The notes beneath the pieces were generated by a model. That model saw only the letters and a program-made list of their open reading frames with translations, made no database searches and was not told the DNA's origin. DNA of 64,000 nucleotides from Candidatus Omnitrophota bacterium (lineage in GTDB: Bacteria; Omnitrophota; Gorgyraeia; Gygaellales; Profunditerraquicolaceae): contig JBAZGE010000002.1 of assembly GCA_041653035.1 (NCBI GenBank), positions 17,451-81,450 on the forward strand, written 5' to 3'. Positions 1 to 10,002 of the stretch are shown here, piece after piece. How positions within the stretch are numbered: the first letter of the stretch is position 1; every line of letters starts with the position of its first letter. The position numbers and the translations under genes were made by a program.

Positions 1-1373
1 ATCTTTTCTACGGGACCGATTATCATTCGCATCTGGGTACGCAGTTCGCGGGCCTGGCGGTGTGGGACGATCGCGGTGAGCTCAAGCGCAAGATCCACGA
101 TATCCGCGGGAGCCAGTTCAAAACTAAATTTTATGAGGATTATTCGAAGATGATCGGCACTAAAGGGATCGGGGTTATCAGCGCGAAAGACGAACAGCCC
201 GTATTCGTGCATTCAAAATTCGGGGCTTTCGCTATCGTCACCAACGGGTATATCGATAACTCCCCTGAACTCGCCGATGAATTATATAAGGAAGGACAGT
301 CTTTCAGCGAAGTGACCAACGGAAGCGTCAATTTGACCGAGCTGGCCGCGAAAATGATCATACGCGGCGAGACGATCGTTGAAGGCATAGAAGATATGTT
401 CTCCCGCATTAAAGGTTCGTGCACCCTGTTGTTGTTGAACAAAGAGGGCATCTACGCCGCGCGCGATAAATACGGTTATTCGCCGCTGATCATCGGGAAC
501 CGTGATAATGACTGGGCGGTGACCACCGAAACGACCGCTTTCCATAATCTGGGTTTTAAGGTCAAGAAAGAGCTGCAGCCGGGAGAGATCGTTTTGATCG
601 AGGAGGGGGGGATGAAGCCGAAGACCAAACCGAATAAGATCCATAAAATATGTTCATTCCTGTGGATCTATACCGGGTTCCCCGCATCTTCGTACGAAGG
701 GATAAACGTGGAAATAGCGCGCGAGAACAGCGGCAGGCTGCTGGCGAAGAACGACCCGGTCAAAGCGGATATGGCGGCCGGTATTCCCGATTCCGGGACC
801 GCGCATGCTATCGGGTACGCCATGGAGTCGGGGATCCCGTTTCGCAGGCCGCTGGTAAAATACACGCCCGGCTTTGACCGCAGTTATACTCCGGCGTCGC
901 AGGAGCGGCGTGATCTCATCGCGCGCATGAAACTCATTTCCATTCCCGAGATAATCAAGGGTAAACGCATAGTTTTTTGCGATGATTCGATCGTGCGGGG
1001 TACCCAGCTGAAGAATTTCACTATCCAGAAAATGATAGAATCCGGGATTAAGGAGATCCATTTCAGGATCGCCTGTCCGCCGCTGATGTTTCCCTGCAGG
1101 TTCAATTATTCCACCCGCACTATCCATGAACTGGCGGCGCGCCGCGCGATCAAAGCGCTTGAGGGGAAAGAGCCCGATGACATCACTCCCTACCTGGATG
1201 AGAAGTCCCCGCAATACAAAAAAATGGTGGGCTGGATCGCCAAAGATATCGGTGTTATGACTTTGAAATACCAGAGTTTGAATGATATGATAAAAGCGAT
1301 CGGCATGCCCCGGCAGGACATTTGTCTGTACTGCTGGACCGGGCAGGAACCGGAGAAAACATGCAAGAGATAA
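1..1373 (+). CDS. purF: Amidophosphoribosyltransferase (glutamine PRPP amidotransferase), 5'-truncated by window edge; reading frame is open from nt 3 (LFYGTDYHSHLGTQFAGLAVWDD...)
   Basis: ORF 60..1373 extends in frame to nt 3 with no stop. PRTase-type C-terminal half and Cys-rich C-terminus as in B. subtilis-type PurF. Immediately followed by purM. Confidence 0.85.
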   Translation, partial: LFYGTDYHSHLGTQFAGLAVWDDRGELKRKIHDIRGSQFKTKFYEDYSKMIGTKGIGVISAKDEQPVFVHSKFGAFAIVTNGYIDNSPELADELYKEGQSFSEVTNGSVNLTELAAKMIIRGETIVEGIEDMFSRIKGSCTLLLLNKEGIYAARDKYGYSPLIIGNRDNDWAVTTETTAFHNLGFKVKKELQPGEIVLIEEGGMKPKTKPNKIHKICSFLWIYTGFPASSYEGINVEIARENSGRLLAKNDPVKADMAAGIPDSGTAHAIGYAMESGIPFRRPLVKYTPGFDRSYTPASQERRDLIARMKLISIPEIIKGKRIVFCDDSIVRGTQLKNFTIQKMIESGIKEIHFRIACPPLMFPCRFNYSTRTIHELAARRAIKALEGKEPDDITPYLDEKSPQYKKMVGWIAKDIGVMTLKYQSLNDMIKAIGMPRQDICLYCWTGQEPEKTCKR

Positions 1374-2383
1374 CTTATAAGAAAGCGGGTGTTGATGTCC
1401 ACCGTATGGACGCGCTGAAGCGGCAGATGAAACCGCTGGTGCGCAGGTCATTCCGTCCGGAGGTTCTTAAAGATATAGGGAGTTTCGGGGCTTTTTTCAG
1501 GTTCCCAAAGGATAAATACCGTGATCCGGTGCTGGTTTCTTCCGCGGACGGCGTGGGCACGAAACTCAAAGTGGCGTATCTGTGCGGCAAACACGATACC
1601 GTGGGTATAGACGCGGTGGCTATGAATGTGAACGATATCCTGTGTACCGGCGCGGAACCGCTGTTTTTCCTGGATTATATCGCATTCAGTGATTTGCGGG
1701 ATACGGTCATTCTTGATATTGTTAAAGGCGTAAATACGGGTTGTGTGGAAGCGGATTGTTCTTTGATCGGAGGAGAGACCGCCCAGATGCCCGGTATGTA
1801 TAAGCCGGGCGAGTATGATATCGCGGGCTTTTGCGTGGGGTCGGGGGAGCGCGGCGCCGTCATTGACGGGTCACGGATACGTCCCGGGGACAAGGTCATT
1901 GGATTGGAGTCAAACGGCCTTCATTCGAACGGTTTTTCCCTGGTGCGTAAAGTCTTTTCGCAAAATGAGCTCAAACGGATGGGCAAAGAACTGCTCCGGC
2001 CTACCCGTATCTATGTTAAACCCGTCCGCTCTCTCTTACGCGATACGCGGTACGCGGTACGCGGTACTACGGTAGTTAAAGGTATCTCTCATATAACCGG
2101 AGGCGCGTTTTATGATAAAATAGCCAGGATACTGCCGGACACGGTGGACGTGCGCATTGATAAAAATTCCTGGAAAGTGCCGGAGATCTTTAAACTCATC
2201 CAGCTCAAGGGCAGGATTAAGGATGAGGAGATTTACCATACGTTGAATATGGGTATCGGCATGGTCCTGATCGCGGAAGCGGATGCCGCTCAGGCGGTGA
2301 CGAAGTTCTTATCCGGGCATAAACTCAAGTCTTGGATCATCGGAGAAGTTATAAAGGGAAAAGGGGAAGTGAAGGTGTTTTGA
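1361..2383 (+). CDS. purM: Phosphoribosylformylglycinamidine cyclo-ligase (AIR synthetase)
   Basis: MQEITYKKAGVDV... DGVGTKLKVA hallmark motifs. ATG at 1361 overlaps the purF stop by 13 nt. Confidence 0.9.
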   Translation: MQEITYKKAGVDVHRMDALKRQMKPLVRRSFRPEVLKDIGSFGAFFRFPKDKYRDPVLVSSADGVGTKLKVAYLCGKHDTVGIDAVAMNVNDILCTGAEPLFFLDYIAFSDLRDTVILDIVKGVNTGCVEADCSLIGGETAQMPGMYKPGEYDIAGFCVGSGERGAVIDGSRIRPGDKVIGLESNGLHSNGFSLVRKVFSQNELKRMGKELLRPTRIYVKPVRSLLRDTRYAVRGTTVVKGISHITGGAFYDKIARILPDTVDVRIDKNSWKVPEIFKLIQLKGRIKDEEIYHTLNMGIGMVLIAEADAAQAVTKFLSGHKLKSWIIGEVIKGKGEVKVF

Positions 2384-2428
2384 AAAGTTTCTTCGTGTTC
2401 AAACACGTGAAAATCCGGGGGGTTGAAA

Positions 2429-3298
2429 ATGAACGTGATGTATGTTATTGTTATCGCAGTCTTCGTTATATTTTTACTTGGTGTCAGGATCGTAAGGCCT
2501 ACGCACCGGGGGTTGATCGAGAGATTCGGTAAGTATAGCCGTTTTGCCCAGCCGGGTTTCAGCTGGATCATGCCTTTATTCGAGCAGATGTATCAGGTTA
2601 ATGTCACTGAACAGATGGTGGACGCGGAGCCGCAGGAGATCATTACCAATGACAATCTGAACGCCCGGGTAGACGCGCAGGTGTATTTCAAGGTCAAGGC
2701 CATTGAAGAGAGTGTTAAAGATTGTCAATACAGCGTTAATAATTACCAGTGGCAGATTGTCAACCTGGCTCGGACTACCTTGAGGAATATAATCGGGACC
2801 CTTACGTTGAAGTCCGCCAACAGCGAGCGGGGTAAGATCAATTCTGAATTGCATAAAACGCTTATGGAGGAGACCGCTACCTGGGGAATAGAAATAGTCA
2901 GGACTGAGTTGAAAGAGATAGACCCTCCGAAAGATGTGCAGGAGACCATGAACAAAGTGGTCAAAGCGGAGAATGAGAAGATAGCCGCTATTGATTTCGC
3001 TACCGCTGCCGAGACCGTGGCTGACGGCCAGAAACGGGCGCAGATAAAAAACGCAGAAGGCATCAAACAGTCGCGTATTCTGCAGGCGGAAGGAGAGGCG
3101 GAGGCTATTCGCCTGGTCAATGAGTCGGCGGATCGTTATTTCGTGGGCAACGCGCAGCTTTTGAGAAGGTTGGAAGCGCTTGAAAAATCATTGTCCGCCA
3201 ATGCCAAGATCGTGGTTTCTTCCGATGCCCAGTTGGTCAACGTGATTGGCGAAATGGCGGGAGTCCTGCCGTTGAAACAGGAAGAAAAGAAAGCTTGA
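2429..3298 (+). CDS. SPFH/band-7 (stomatin/prohibitin/HflC-like) membrane protein
   Basis: N-terminal TM helix followed by an SPFH domain pattern (RIVRPTHRGLIERFGKY...). GGGGGG Shine-Dalgarno lies 8 nt upstream of the ATG at 2429; an alternative TTG at 2423 is possible. Confidence 0.75.
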   Translation: MNVMYVIVIAVFVIFLLGVRIVRPTHRGLIERFGKYSRFAQPGFSWIMPLFEQMYQVNVTEQMVDAEPQEIITNDNLNARVDAQVYFKVKAIEESVKDCQYSVNNYQWQIVNLARTTLRNIIGTLTLKSANSERGKINSELHKTLMEETATWGIEIVRTELKEIDPPKDVQETMNKVVKAENEKIAAIDFATAAETVADGQKRAQIKNAEGIKQSRILQAEGEAEAIRLVNESADRYFVGNAQLLRRLEALEKSLSANAKIVVSSDAQLVNVIGEMAGVLPLKQEEKKA

Positions 3299-3371
3299 AA
3301 GATGCGGATAGATAGGTTCATACGCCGGCAGGACGGTGGAAAAAAATAAAATTCCGGGTTAAAGGGGAAGC

Positions 3372-4673
3372 ATGAAAATATTAGTTATAGGTTCGGGAGG
3401 AAGGGAACACGCGCTGGTTTGGAAACTGTCGCAGTCTACGATGGTGGAAAAGATCTTTTGCGCGCCCGGCAACGCGGGTATCGCCGGCCAGGCAGAGAGT
3501 ATTAATATGAGGCCCGAGGATTTCGGGTGCCTGATCAGTTTCGCTAAACGGGAAAAAGTCGATCTCACGGTTGTCGGTCCGGAGGCTCCTCTGGCCGCGG
3601 GCATCGTGAATGAATTTACCAAGAATAAGTTGAAGATATTCGGGCCTTCCAAAGAGGCTGCCCGGCTTGAGGCGAGCAAAGTGTTTGCCAAGGAGATCAT
3701 GCGTAAATACCGGGTGCCGACTGCTGCTTTTGAGGTTTTTGATAATCCGTCCAAGGCGCGCAGATATATCGACCTTATCGGCACGCCCTGTGTTATAAAA
3801 GCCGACGGCCTTGCCGCCGGCAAGGGGGTTGTGGTTGCGAATACCCGGGAAGATGCTTTGAACGCGGTACAGGAAATGATGGAAGAACGGATTTTTGGGG
3901 ACGCGGGCAAGACGGTGATCATTGAAGAATGCCTTCGGGGTGAAGAAGCTTCCATTTTGGTGATCACTGATTCAGAAGCGGTTATTCCCCTGGCCACCAG
4001 CCAGGACCATAAAAGGGTTTTCGATAACGACCTGGGGCCGAATACCGGGGGCATGGGCGCGTATTCTCCCGCTCCGGTGGTCAGCGCGGAGTTGATGGAT
4101 GAGATCTTAAAGACTGTTATTTACCCGATGATCAACGGCCTTACCAAAGAGGGCATACAATACAAGGGGGTTTTATACGCCGGGGTAATGATCACCGAGA
4201 ACGGCCCCAAGGTTTTGGAGTTCAATGTGCGGTTCGGGGATCCTGAAACTCAGGTTATTCTGCCCCGTCTGCAATCCGATCTGGTGCGCATAATGCTGGC
4301 GGTAAGCGAGGATCGTCTCAGCGAGGTAACTTCTTCCGAGAAGATCGCCTGGGATCCGCGCGCCGGTGTATGCGTGGTGTTGGCTTCGGGTGGATATCCG
4401 GGAGAATATTCCAAAGAAGTGGATATCTACGGTCTTGACGATGTAGCCAAAATGCAGGATGTCATTGCTTTTCACGCCGGGACCAAGATGTCGATCATGC
4501 AAGACCAGCCTTCCCGCGTGGAGTATGTTACGAACGGCGGCAGGGTCCTGGGTATTACCGGGATCGGGAATACCATCAAAGATGCCCGGGATAGAGCATA
4601 TAGTGCGGTTGGAAAAATTCACTTTCGCGGCATGCATTGCCGGAAAGACATAGCGGCGCGGGCGATACGATAG
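3372..4673 (+). CDS. purD: Phosphoribosylamine--glycine ligase
   Basis: MKILVIGSGGREHALVWKL... is the classic PurD N-terminus with an ATP-grasp body. Confidence 0.9.
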   Translation: MKILVIGSGGREHALVWKLSQSTMVEKIFCAPGNAGIAGQAESINMRPEDFGCLISFAKREKVDLTVVGPEAPLAAGIVNEFTKNKLKIFGPSKEAARLEASKVFAKEIMRKYRVPTAAFEVFDNPSKARRYIDLIGTPCVIKADGLAAGKGVVVANTREDALNAVQEMMEERIFGDAGKTVIIEECLRGEEASILVITDSEAVIPLATSQDHKRVFDNDLGPNTGGMGAYSPAPVVSAELMDEILKTVIYPMINGLTKEGIQYKGVLYAGVMITENGPKVLEFNVRFGDPETQVILPRLQSDLVRIMLAVSEDRLSEVTSSEKIAWDPRAGVCVVLASGGYPGEYSKEVDIYGLDDVAKMQDVIAFHAGTKMSIMQDQPSRVEYVTNGGRVLGITGIGNTIKDARDRAYSAVGKIHFRGMHCRKDIAARAIR

Positions 4674-4696
4674 CCCGTGAGTATCAGGGAGGAACT

Positions 4697-5176
4697 ATGG
4701 GGAAGACGGTACGGATCATCATGGGGAGCCGGTCAGATCAGGAGACGGTTAATGAAGCGGTCATGGTACTGAAAGAATTTAACACGGATTTCGAGGTGAA
4801 GATTTTATCCGCGCACCGCACTCCCAAGGAGTTGGTGCGTTACGTTGAGCAGGCCGGACGGGGAGGGGCAAAGGTGTTCATCGCCGCGGCCGGTGGATCT
4901 GCGGCGTTAGCCGGGGTGATCGCCGCGCATACCACGCTGCCGGTTATCGGGATCCCTATGGAGACGACGAGCCTCAAAGGGATGGATTCTTTGTTTTCTA
5001 CCGTGCAGATGCCGGGGGGTATCCCGGTTGCCTGTATGGCTATCGGTAAGGCGGGGGCGAAAAACGCCGCTCTCTTCGCGCTGGAGATACTCGGTGTTTC
5101 CGACTCAAAGACCGCCGCGCGTCTCACCGCGTACAAGAAACGGATGCGGGAGAAGATAGCAAAGATTAAATTTTGA
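4697..5176 (+). CDS. purE: N5-carboxyaminoimidazole ribonucleotide mutase
   Basis: MGKTVRIIMGSRSD... GGSAALAGV... motifs. GGAGG Shine-Dalgarno 5 nt upstream of the ATG at 4697. Confidence 0.9.
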   Translation: MGKTVRIIMGSRSDQETVNEAVMVLKEFNTDFEVKILSAHRTPKELVRYVEQAGRGGAKVFIAAAGGSAALAGVIAAHTTLPVIGIPMETTSLKGMDSLFSTVQMPGGIPVACMAIGKAGAKNAALFALEILGVSDSKTAARLTAYKKRMREKIAKIKF

Positions 5177-5185
5177 AATGTGTTA

Positions 5186-5284
5186 CTAAGGCATCGTTAG
5201 TTTCGTTAGTATCGTTAATTTCGTTATTCTCGTTTGACGCGTTGAACGAAAATAACGCAATTAACAAAAATAACGATACTACGA
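5186..5284. repeat. Imperfect about 95-bp palindrome built from 9-nt-periodic TCGTTA (left arm, x5) and TAACGA/AACGA (right arm, x5) repeats, abutting the start codon at 5285
   Basis: Read directly: TCGTTAGTT TCGTTAGTA TCGTTAATT TCGTTATTC TCGTT-TGACGCGTTGA-ACGAAAAT AACGCAATT AACAAAAAT AACGATACT ACGA ATG. Confidence 0.8.
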
Positions 5285-6358
5285 ATGTTTACAATGGCAC
5301 CCGCAAAAATAGTTAAGATTGATCTTCTTCAACCGGACGAAAAGATCCTCAAACAGGCCGCGGATATTGTTGCCGAAGGCGGGCTGGTGATCATCCCTAC
5401 TGAGACCGTGTACGGCATCGCCGCGAACGCTTCGAATAAGAATGCCCTGGAAAGGCTCTCTGCGGTTAAAGAACGGCCGGAAGGGAAGCCTTTTTCCCTG
5501 CATGTAGATTCCAAGGAAAAAATAGAAAAGATCGCTGATTCTATTCCGGCCGCGGCGTATAAACTTATGAATAAGTTCTGGCCCGGACCGTTAACAATTA
5601 TACTGCGGGCGAAAGACGGTAATACCGTCGGCGTGCGTATGCCGGATAACCGGGTGGCTTTACGGATTATCGCGCTGTCGGGAGTAGCGGTGGTGTGCCC
5701 TTCGGCGAATATCTCCGGCAGGCCGCCGCCAATCAATTTTCAGGAGGCCATTAAAGATCTTAAAGGCGCGGTTGACTTTGCTATCGATACCGGCGCGACG
5801 AAGCTGGGGGTTGAATCTACGGTTGTGGATATGACGGTTGAACCTTGCCGGGTTTTGAGGGAGGGGGCGGTCGGGAAAGAAGCCCTCGATGCAGTCACGC
5901 GTAAAAAGATCATCCTCTTCGTATGCACGGGGAATTCCTGCCGTTCGGTCATGGCCGAAGGTTTATTGAAGAAAAAACTGCAGGAACAGAACCGTCTTTC
6001 GGATATCGAGGTTTTGTCCGCGGGGTTGATGACCCCGGGAAATTCGGGGGCGACGGAAGAGACGGTGGAGATTATGAGGCGGGAAGGGATTGATGTTTCC
6101 CAGCACCGCTCCCGGAAACTTACCCGTGATCTTTTGAACATGGCGGATTTTATCCTGGTGATGGAGCGAGTTCATGAGGCACGGATCCGGGAAGCCGTTC
6201 CTCAGGTGAAGAACCGCTTGTTCCTTTTGAAAGAATTCGCGCGGCTGCGCAATAACCATTTTGATATTCCCGATCCCATCGGTAATTCCCTGGAGTATTA
6301 CGGGGAGACGTTCACCGTGATCCGGGAAGCGGTGAATAAAGTCGCGGAGATCCTGTAA
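5285..6358 (+). CDS. Fusion protein: L-threonylcarbamoyladenylate synthase (YrdC/TsaC/Sua5 domain) plus C-terminal low-molecular-weight protein phosphatase (YwlE-like) domain
   Basis: N-terminal about 200 aa is the YrdC fold (VIIPTETVYGIAANA). The C-terminal about 150 aa carries the LMW-PTP P-loop CTGNSCRS and the D-P motif. Single uninterrupted frame. Confidence 0.8.
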   Translation: MFTMAPAKIVKIDLLQPDEKILKQAADIVAEGGLVIIPTETVYGIAANASNKNALERLSAVKERPEGKPFSLHVDSKEKIEKIADSIPAAAYKLMNKFWPGPLTIILRAKDGNTVGVRMPDNRVALRIIALSGVAVVCPSANISGRPPPINFQEAIKDLKGAVDFAIDTGATKLGVESTVVDMTVEPCRVLREGAVGKEALDAVTRKKIILFVCTGNSCRSVMAEGLLKKKLQEQNRLSDIEVLSAGLMTPGNSGATEETVEIMRREGIDVSQHRSRKLTRDLLNMADFILVMERVHEARIREAVPQVKNRLFLLKEFARLRNNHFDIPDPIGNSLEYYGETFTVIREAVNKVAEIL

Positions 6359-6395
6359 GGGATGAAACAATCTGGAGCACCAGCGAGGTGAGTGT

Positions 6396-6857
6396 ATGGA
6401 GAAGCTTATTATCGGTTCGGATCACGCAGGGTTTAAACTGAAAGAGGAATTGAAACGGTATCTTGAAAAAAAAGGGATCCGGGTTGAAGACGCAGGGACA
6501 TATTCGGAAGAACGCTGTGATTATCCGCGGTACGCGGCGGCGGTCGCGGAAAAGGTTTCGGCAGGCAGGGTTAAAAAAGGGATCCTGATCTGTATGACCG
6601 GGATCGGGAATTCTATCGTGGCTAACCGGTTCCCCGGCGTGCGCGCTTCCCTGTGCTGCAATATAAAGGCGGCGCGTCTTACCCGCGAGCATAACGACAG
6701 TAATGTTCTGGTCCTGGGGGCGGCATTCATTGACGGGAATCTGGCCAAGAGGATCGTGCAGGTATGGTTACATACTTCCTTTGCGGGAGGCAGGCATGCC
6801 CGGAGGCTGAATCTTATTAAAAAGATTGAACGTACGATAAGGAGTAAGAAGAGATGA
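6396..6857 (+). CDS. rpiB: Ribose-5-phosphate isomerase B (RpiB/LacAB family)
   Basis: [19 protein letters not shown]... canonical RpiB N-terminus. Confidence 0.85.
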   Translation: MEKLIIGSDHAGFKLKEELKRYLEKKGIRVEDAGTYSEERCDYPRYAAAVAEKVSAGRVKKGILICMTGIGNSIVANRFPGVRASLCCNIKAARLTREHNDSNVLVLGAAFIDGNLAKRIVQVWLHTSFAGGRHARRLNLIKKIERTIRSKKR

Positions 6858-8095
6858 AGTATTTGAAGAAGGTTGATCCGGAGATATACGCGTCTATCGA
6901 GAAAGAGCTCGCGCGGCAGCGCGATAACCTGGAGTTGATCGCTTCCGAGAATTTTACTTCCCCGGCGGTTCTCGAGGCCCAAGGATCGGTTTTGACCAAC
7001 AAATACGCCGAAGGGTATCCGCACCGGAGATGGTACGGTGGATGTGAATTTGTGGATGAAGCCGAGCACTTGGCTCTTCAGCGGGTAAAAGAACTTTTCG
7101 GCGCGGAGTACGCCAATGTACAGCCGCATTCCGGCACCCAGGCCAATATGGCGGTATTTTTTACGCTTCTGGCGCCGCGTGATACGTATATGGCCATGGA
7201 TCTGGCTTGCGGCGGGCATCTTTCTCACGGGCTTGCGCATAATTTTTCCGGTATGTTCTATACCGTTGTCCCGTACGGCGTAGACAGGAAGACTGAAACC
7301 ATCGATTACGACCAGATCGAGGCTAAGGCAAAGGAATGTAAACCGAAGATGATACTTGCCGGCGCTTCCGCGTATCCCCGGCAGTTCGATTTCAAAAGAC
7401 TGCGGCAGATCTGCGATAAAACCGGCAGTTATCTGTTCGTGGACATGGCACACATAGCCGGACTGGTGGCCGCGGGATTGCATCCTTCGCCGGTGCCGTA
7501 CGCAGATATCGTCAGTTCTACGACGCATAAGACTTTGCGCGGGCCGCGCGGTGGATTTATCCTGGCAAAAAAAGAATTCGCGAAAAAAATAGACTCCCTG
7601 GTTTTTCCCGGGATACAGGGAGGGCCCTTGATGCATGTTATTGCCGCGAAGGCCGTTGCTTTTCTGGAGGCAAAAAGCGAGGAATTCAAAGCGTATCAGG
7701 GACAGGTGGTGAAAAATTCCCGCCGTATGGCTTCCGGCCTGCAGGAAAAGGGATTTCGTATCGTCAGCGGCGGGACCGATACGCATCTCCTGCTGGCTGA
7801 TCTGACCTCCAAGAATATTACCGGTAAAGAGGTTTCCGCCTTGCTTGAAAAAGTCAATATTACGGTGAATAAAAATCTCATTCCTTTTGATGTCTTGCCT
7901 CCTGCTTCTGCCAGCGGCGTGCGGCTGGGTACCCCCGCGGTCACCACCCGGGGGATCAAAGAGAAGGAGATCGATATGATCGTTGATTTTATAGACAGGG
8001 CTCTGTCCGCCCGTGACGCCGAGGACAAACTGCAGGCGATAAAGAAAGAAGTCCTGGCGTTGACGAAGAAGTTTCCGCTGTACCCGGAACTATAA
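6854..8095 (+). CDS. glyA: Serine hydroxymethyltransferase
   Basis: [31 protein letters not shown] and the PLP-lysine region ([12 protein letters not shown]). Stop/start overlap with rpiB. Confidence 0.95.
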   Translation: MKYLKKVDPEIYASIEKELARQRDNLELIASENFTSPAVLEAQGSVLTNKYAEGYPHRRWYGGCEFVDEAEHLALQRVKELFGAEYANVQPHSGTQANMAVFFTLLAPRDTYMAMDLACGGHLSHGLAHNFSGMFYTVVPYGVDRKTETIDYDQIEAKAKECKPKMILAGASAYPRQFDFKRLRQICDKTGSYLFVDMAHIAGLVAAGLHPSPVPYADIVSSTTHKTLRGPRGGFILAKKEFAKKIDSLVFPGIQGGPLMHVIAAKAVAFLEAKSEEFKAYQGQVVKNSRRMASGLQEKGFRIVSGGTDTHLLLADLTSKNITGKEVSALLEKVNITVNKNLIPFDVLPPASASGVRLGTPAVTTRGIKEKEIDMIVDFIDRALSARDAEDKLQAIKKEVLALTKKFPLYPEL

Positions 8096-8105
8096 GAGGT
8101 TGAGA

Positions 8106-8573
8106 ATGAAAAAACGTAAGATTGAGTCAAAGCGGATCAGCTGGGACGAGTACTTCATGCAGATCGCTTCCCTGGTTGCCCAGCGGAGCACCTGTGTCCG
8201 CCGGCATGTTGGTGCGGTGGTGGTCAAGGATAAACGCATGCTGGCTACCGGTTACAACGGGGCGCCCAGCGGCATCAGGCATTGTTCGGAGATCGGCTGT
8301 CTCCGTGAGAAACTAAAGATACCGTCGGGACAGCGGCATGAACTGTGCCGCGGCCTGCACGCGGAGCAGAACGCGATCATCCAGGCTTCTTTGTACGGCG
8401 TAAGCGTGAGAGACAGCGTTTTGTATATCACCAACCAGCCCTGCATTATATGCGCGAAGATGATCATTAATGCCGGTATCGGGGAGATCGTTATTTTAGA
8501 CGGTTATCCGGATGAAATGGCGATGCGTTTCCTGAAAGAAGCCGCAGTGAAGATCAGAAAAATGAAGAAATAA
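8106..8573 (+). CDS. dCMP (CMP/dCMP-type) deaminase
   Basis: Zinc-binding HAEQNAI ... [14 protein letters not shown] motifs. AGAGG Shine-Dalgarno 6 nt before the ATG at 8106. Confidence 0.85.
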   Translation: MKKRKIESKRISWDEYFMQIASLVAQRSTCVRRHVGAVVVKDKRMLATGYNGAPSGIRHCSEIGCLREKLKIPSGQRHELCRGLHAEQNAIIQASLYGVSVRDSVLYITNQPCIICAKMIINAGIGEIVILDGYPDEMAMRFLKEAAVKIRKMKK

Positions 8574-8574
8574 T

Positions 8575-9051
8575 ATGAAATGTCCTTTTTGCGGTTACAA
8601 GGAAGATAAAGTCGTTGATTCACGCGCCACGCAGGATGAAGTCGCGATCCGGAGAAGACGGGAATGCCTGCGGTGCGGCAAGCGTTTTACCACCTACGAA
8701 TACATTGAAGAGCCGTCCATCATGGTGATCAAAAAAGACGGCCGGCGCCAGCCGTTCGACCGCAAAAAAGTCCTGGCCGGGGTCATGAAGGCCTGTGAGA
8801 AACGGCCGATCAGCATGGACAAGATGGAAGACGTTATCCTGCAGGTTGAACGCGCGATCCAGAAAAAGGTGGGTAAGGAAGTTCCTACTTCCAAGATCGG
8901 CGAATTGGTGATGGAAAAGTTGAAAGAGCTCGATGAAGTGGCTTACGTGCGTTTTGCTTCGGTGTACCGGCAGTTCAAGGATGTGGGGCAGTTCATGGAT
9001 GAATTGAAAGGTATTATCAAACGGGAAAGAAGAAGGGGCGGGGATAGATAG
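8575..9051 (+). CDS. nrdR: Transcriptional repressor NrdR (zinc-ribbon plus ATP-cone)
   Basis: MKCPFCGYKEDKVVDSRATQDEVAIRRRRECLRCGKRFTTYE is near-canonical NrdR. Confidence 0.95.
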   Translation: MKCPFCGYKEDKVVDSRATQDEVAIRRRRECLRCGKRFTTYEYIEEPSIMVIKKDGRRQPFDRKKVLAGVMKACEKRPISMDKMEDVILQVERAIQKKVGKEVPTSKIGELVMEKLKELDEVAYVRFASVYRQFKDVGQFMDELKGIIKRERRRGGDR

Positions 9052-9107
9052 CCGGTGCGCTGTCCATCAAAATTAATATAACGGCGCACTACGCGGAGGA
9101 GCCGGAT

Positions 9108-9518
9108 ATGATCGAGATGGAATTGAACAAGATAGTGATTGACGAGAAAAGGCACGATCAGTTGATTGTTTTAAAGGAAAAAAGCGGGAGCCGTCTTTTG
9201 CCTATCGTGATCGGCTTGAATGAGGCTTCGGCAATCAAACTGAAGCTGAGCGGATTCCAACCTCCCCGGCCGCTTACCCATGATCTTCTCTGTTCCGCCA
9301 TACAGAGCCTGGATGCTGTTATCGATAAGATCGTGATCGATAAGTTGGAAGATAATACGTTCCACGCCAAAATAATCGTTAAGACCGAAACCGGCAAGAT
9401 AAAGATAGTCGATGCCCGTCCTTCCGATAGCATCGCGTTATCGGTGCGCACGCAGGCGCCTATTTTCGTGGAAGAGGCTGTTTTGAACCAAATGGATGTA
9501 TTTAATCCCGAAAAATGA
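9108..9518 (+). CDS. Bifunctional nuclease family protein (BFN/DUF151)
   Basis: IVLKEKSGSRLLPIVIG..EA.AI...L....PPRPLTHDL pattern typical of BFN-domain proteins. Confidence 0.7.
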   Translation: MIEMELNKIVIDEKRHDQLIVLKEKSGSRLLPIVIGLNEASAIKLKLSGFQPPRPLTHDLLCSAIQSLDAVIDKIVIDKLEDNTFHAKIIVKTETGKIKIVDARPSDSIALSVRTQAPIFVEEAVLNQMDVFNPEK

Positions 9519-9988
9519 AGATCGGTATTCTTTCCGATACGCACGATAACCTGTCCCAGGTAGAAAAAGCGGTGATTTTTTTTAACCGTAAAAAAACCGG
9601 TTTTGTTTTTCACGCCGGCGATTTTGTCGCGCCTTTTACCGTACTCAGGCTGAAAGAACTTTTCTGTCCCTGGCAGGGGGTATTCGGCAATAACGACGGG
9701 GAAAAAAAAGGTTTGCGCTTGGTATCCGAAGGAAAGATCGGTCCCGGCCCGCTCCGGCTGAGCGCCGCGGGTACGGATATTGTCGTAGTCCATGATATCC
9801 AAACGCTTGATCTCAAAAAAGAGAAGGCGCGGCTGATCATTTTCGGCCATTCGCATAAGCCGGAGATTATCAATGAACCCGGCCGGCTCTTGGTCAATCC
9901 CGGAGAGTGCGGAGGGTGGCTGACCGGCAGATCAACGGTTGCCGTCGCGGATACGGAGAAAATGTCCGCCCGCATATTTACCCTATAA
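9515..9988 (+). CDS. YfcE/MJ0936-family metallophosphoesterase
   Basis: MKIGILSDTHDN...FHAGDF...GNNDGE...HDI...GHSH calcineurin-like motif series. Confidence 0.8.
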   Translation: MKIGILSDTHDNLSQVEKAVIFFNRKKTGFVFHAGDFVAPFTVLRLKELFCPWQGVFGNNDGEKKGLRLVSEGKIGPGPLRLSAAGTDIVVVHDIQTLDLKKEKARLIIFGHSHKPEIINEPGRLLVNPGECGGWLTGRSTVAVADTEKMSARIFTL

Positions 9989-10002
9989 AAATTGTTACAT
10001 AT

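Noticed and set aside
140-1451. Several 100-265-aa minus-strand ORFs inside purF/purM (140..451, 282..644, 654..1451)
   Set aside because: Nested antisense to purF and purM; no motifs.
6521-7786. 421-aa minus-strand ORF antisense to rpiB/glyA
   Set aside because: It lies entirely inside the confidently identified glyA on the opposite strand, is Arg/Pro/Gly-rich in the way typical of antisense frames in GC-rich coding DNA, and has no recognisable motifs.
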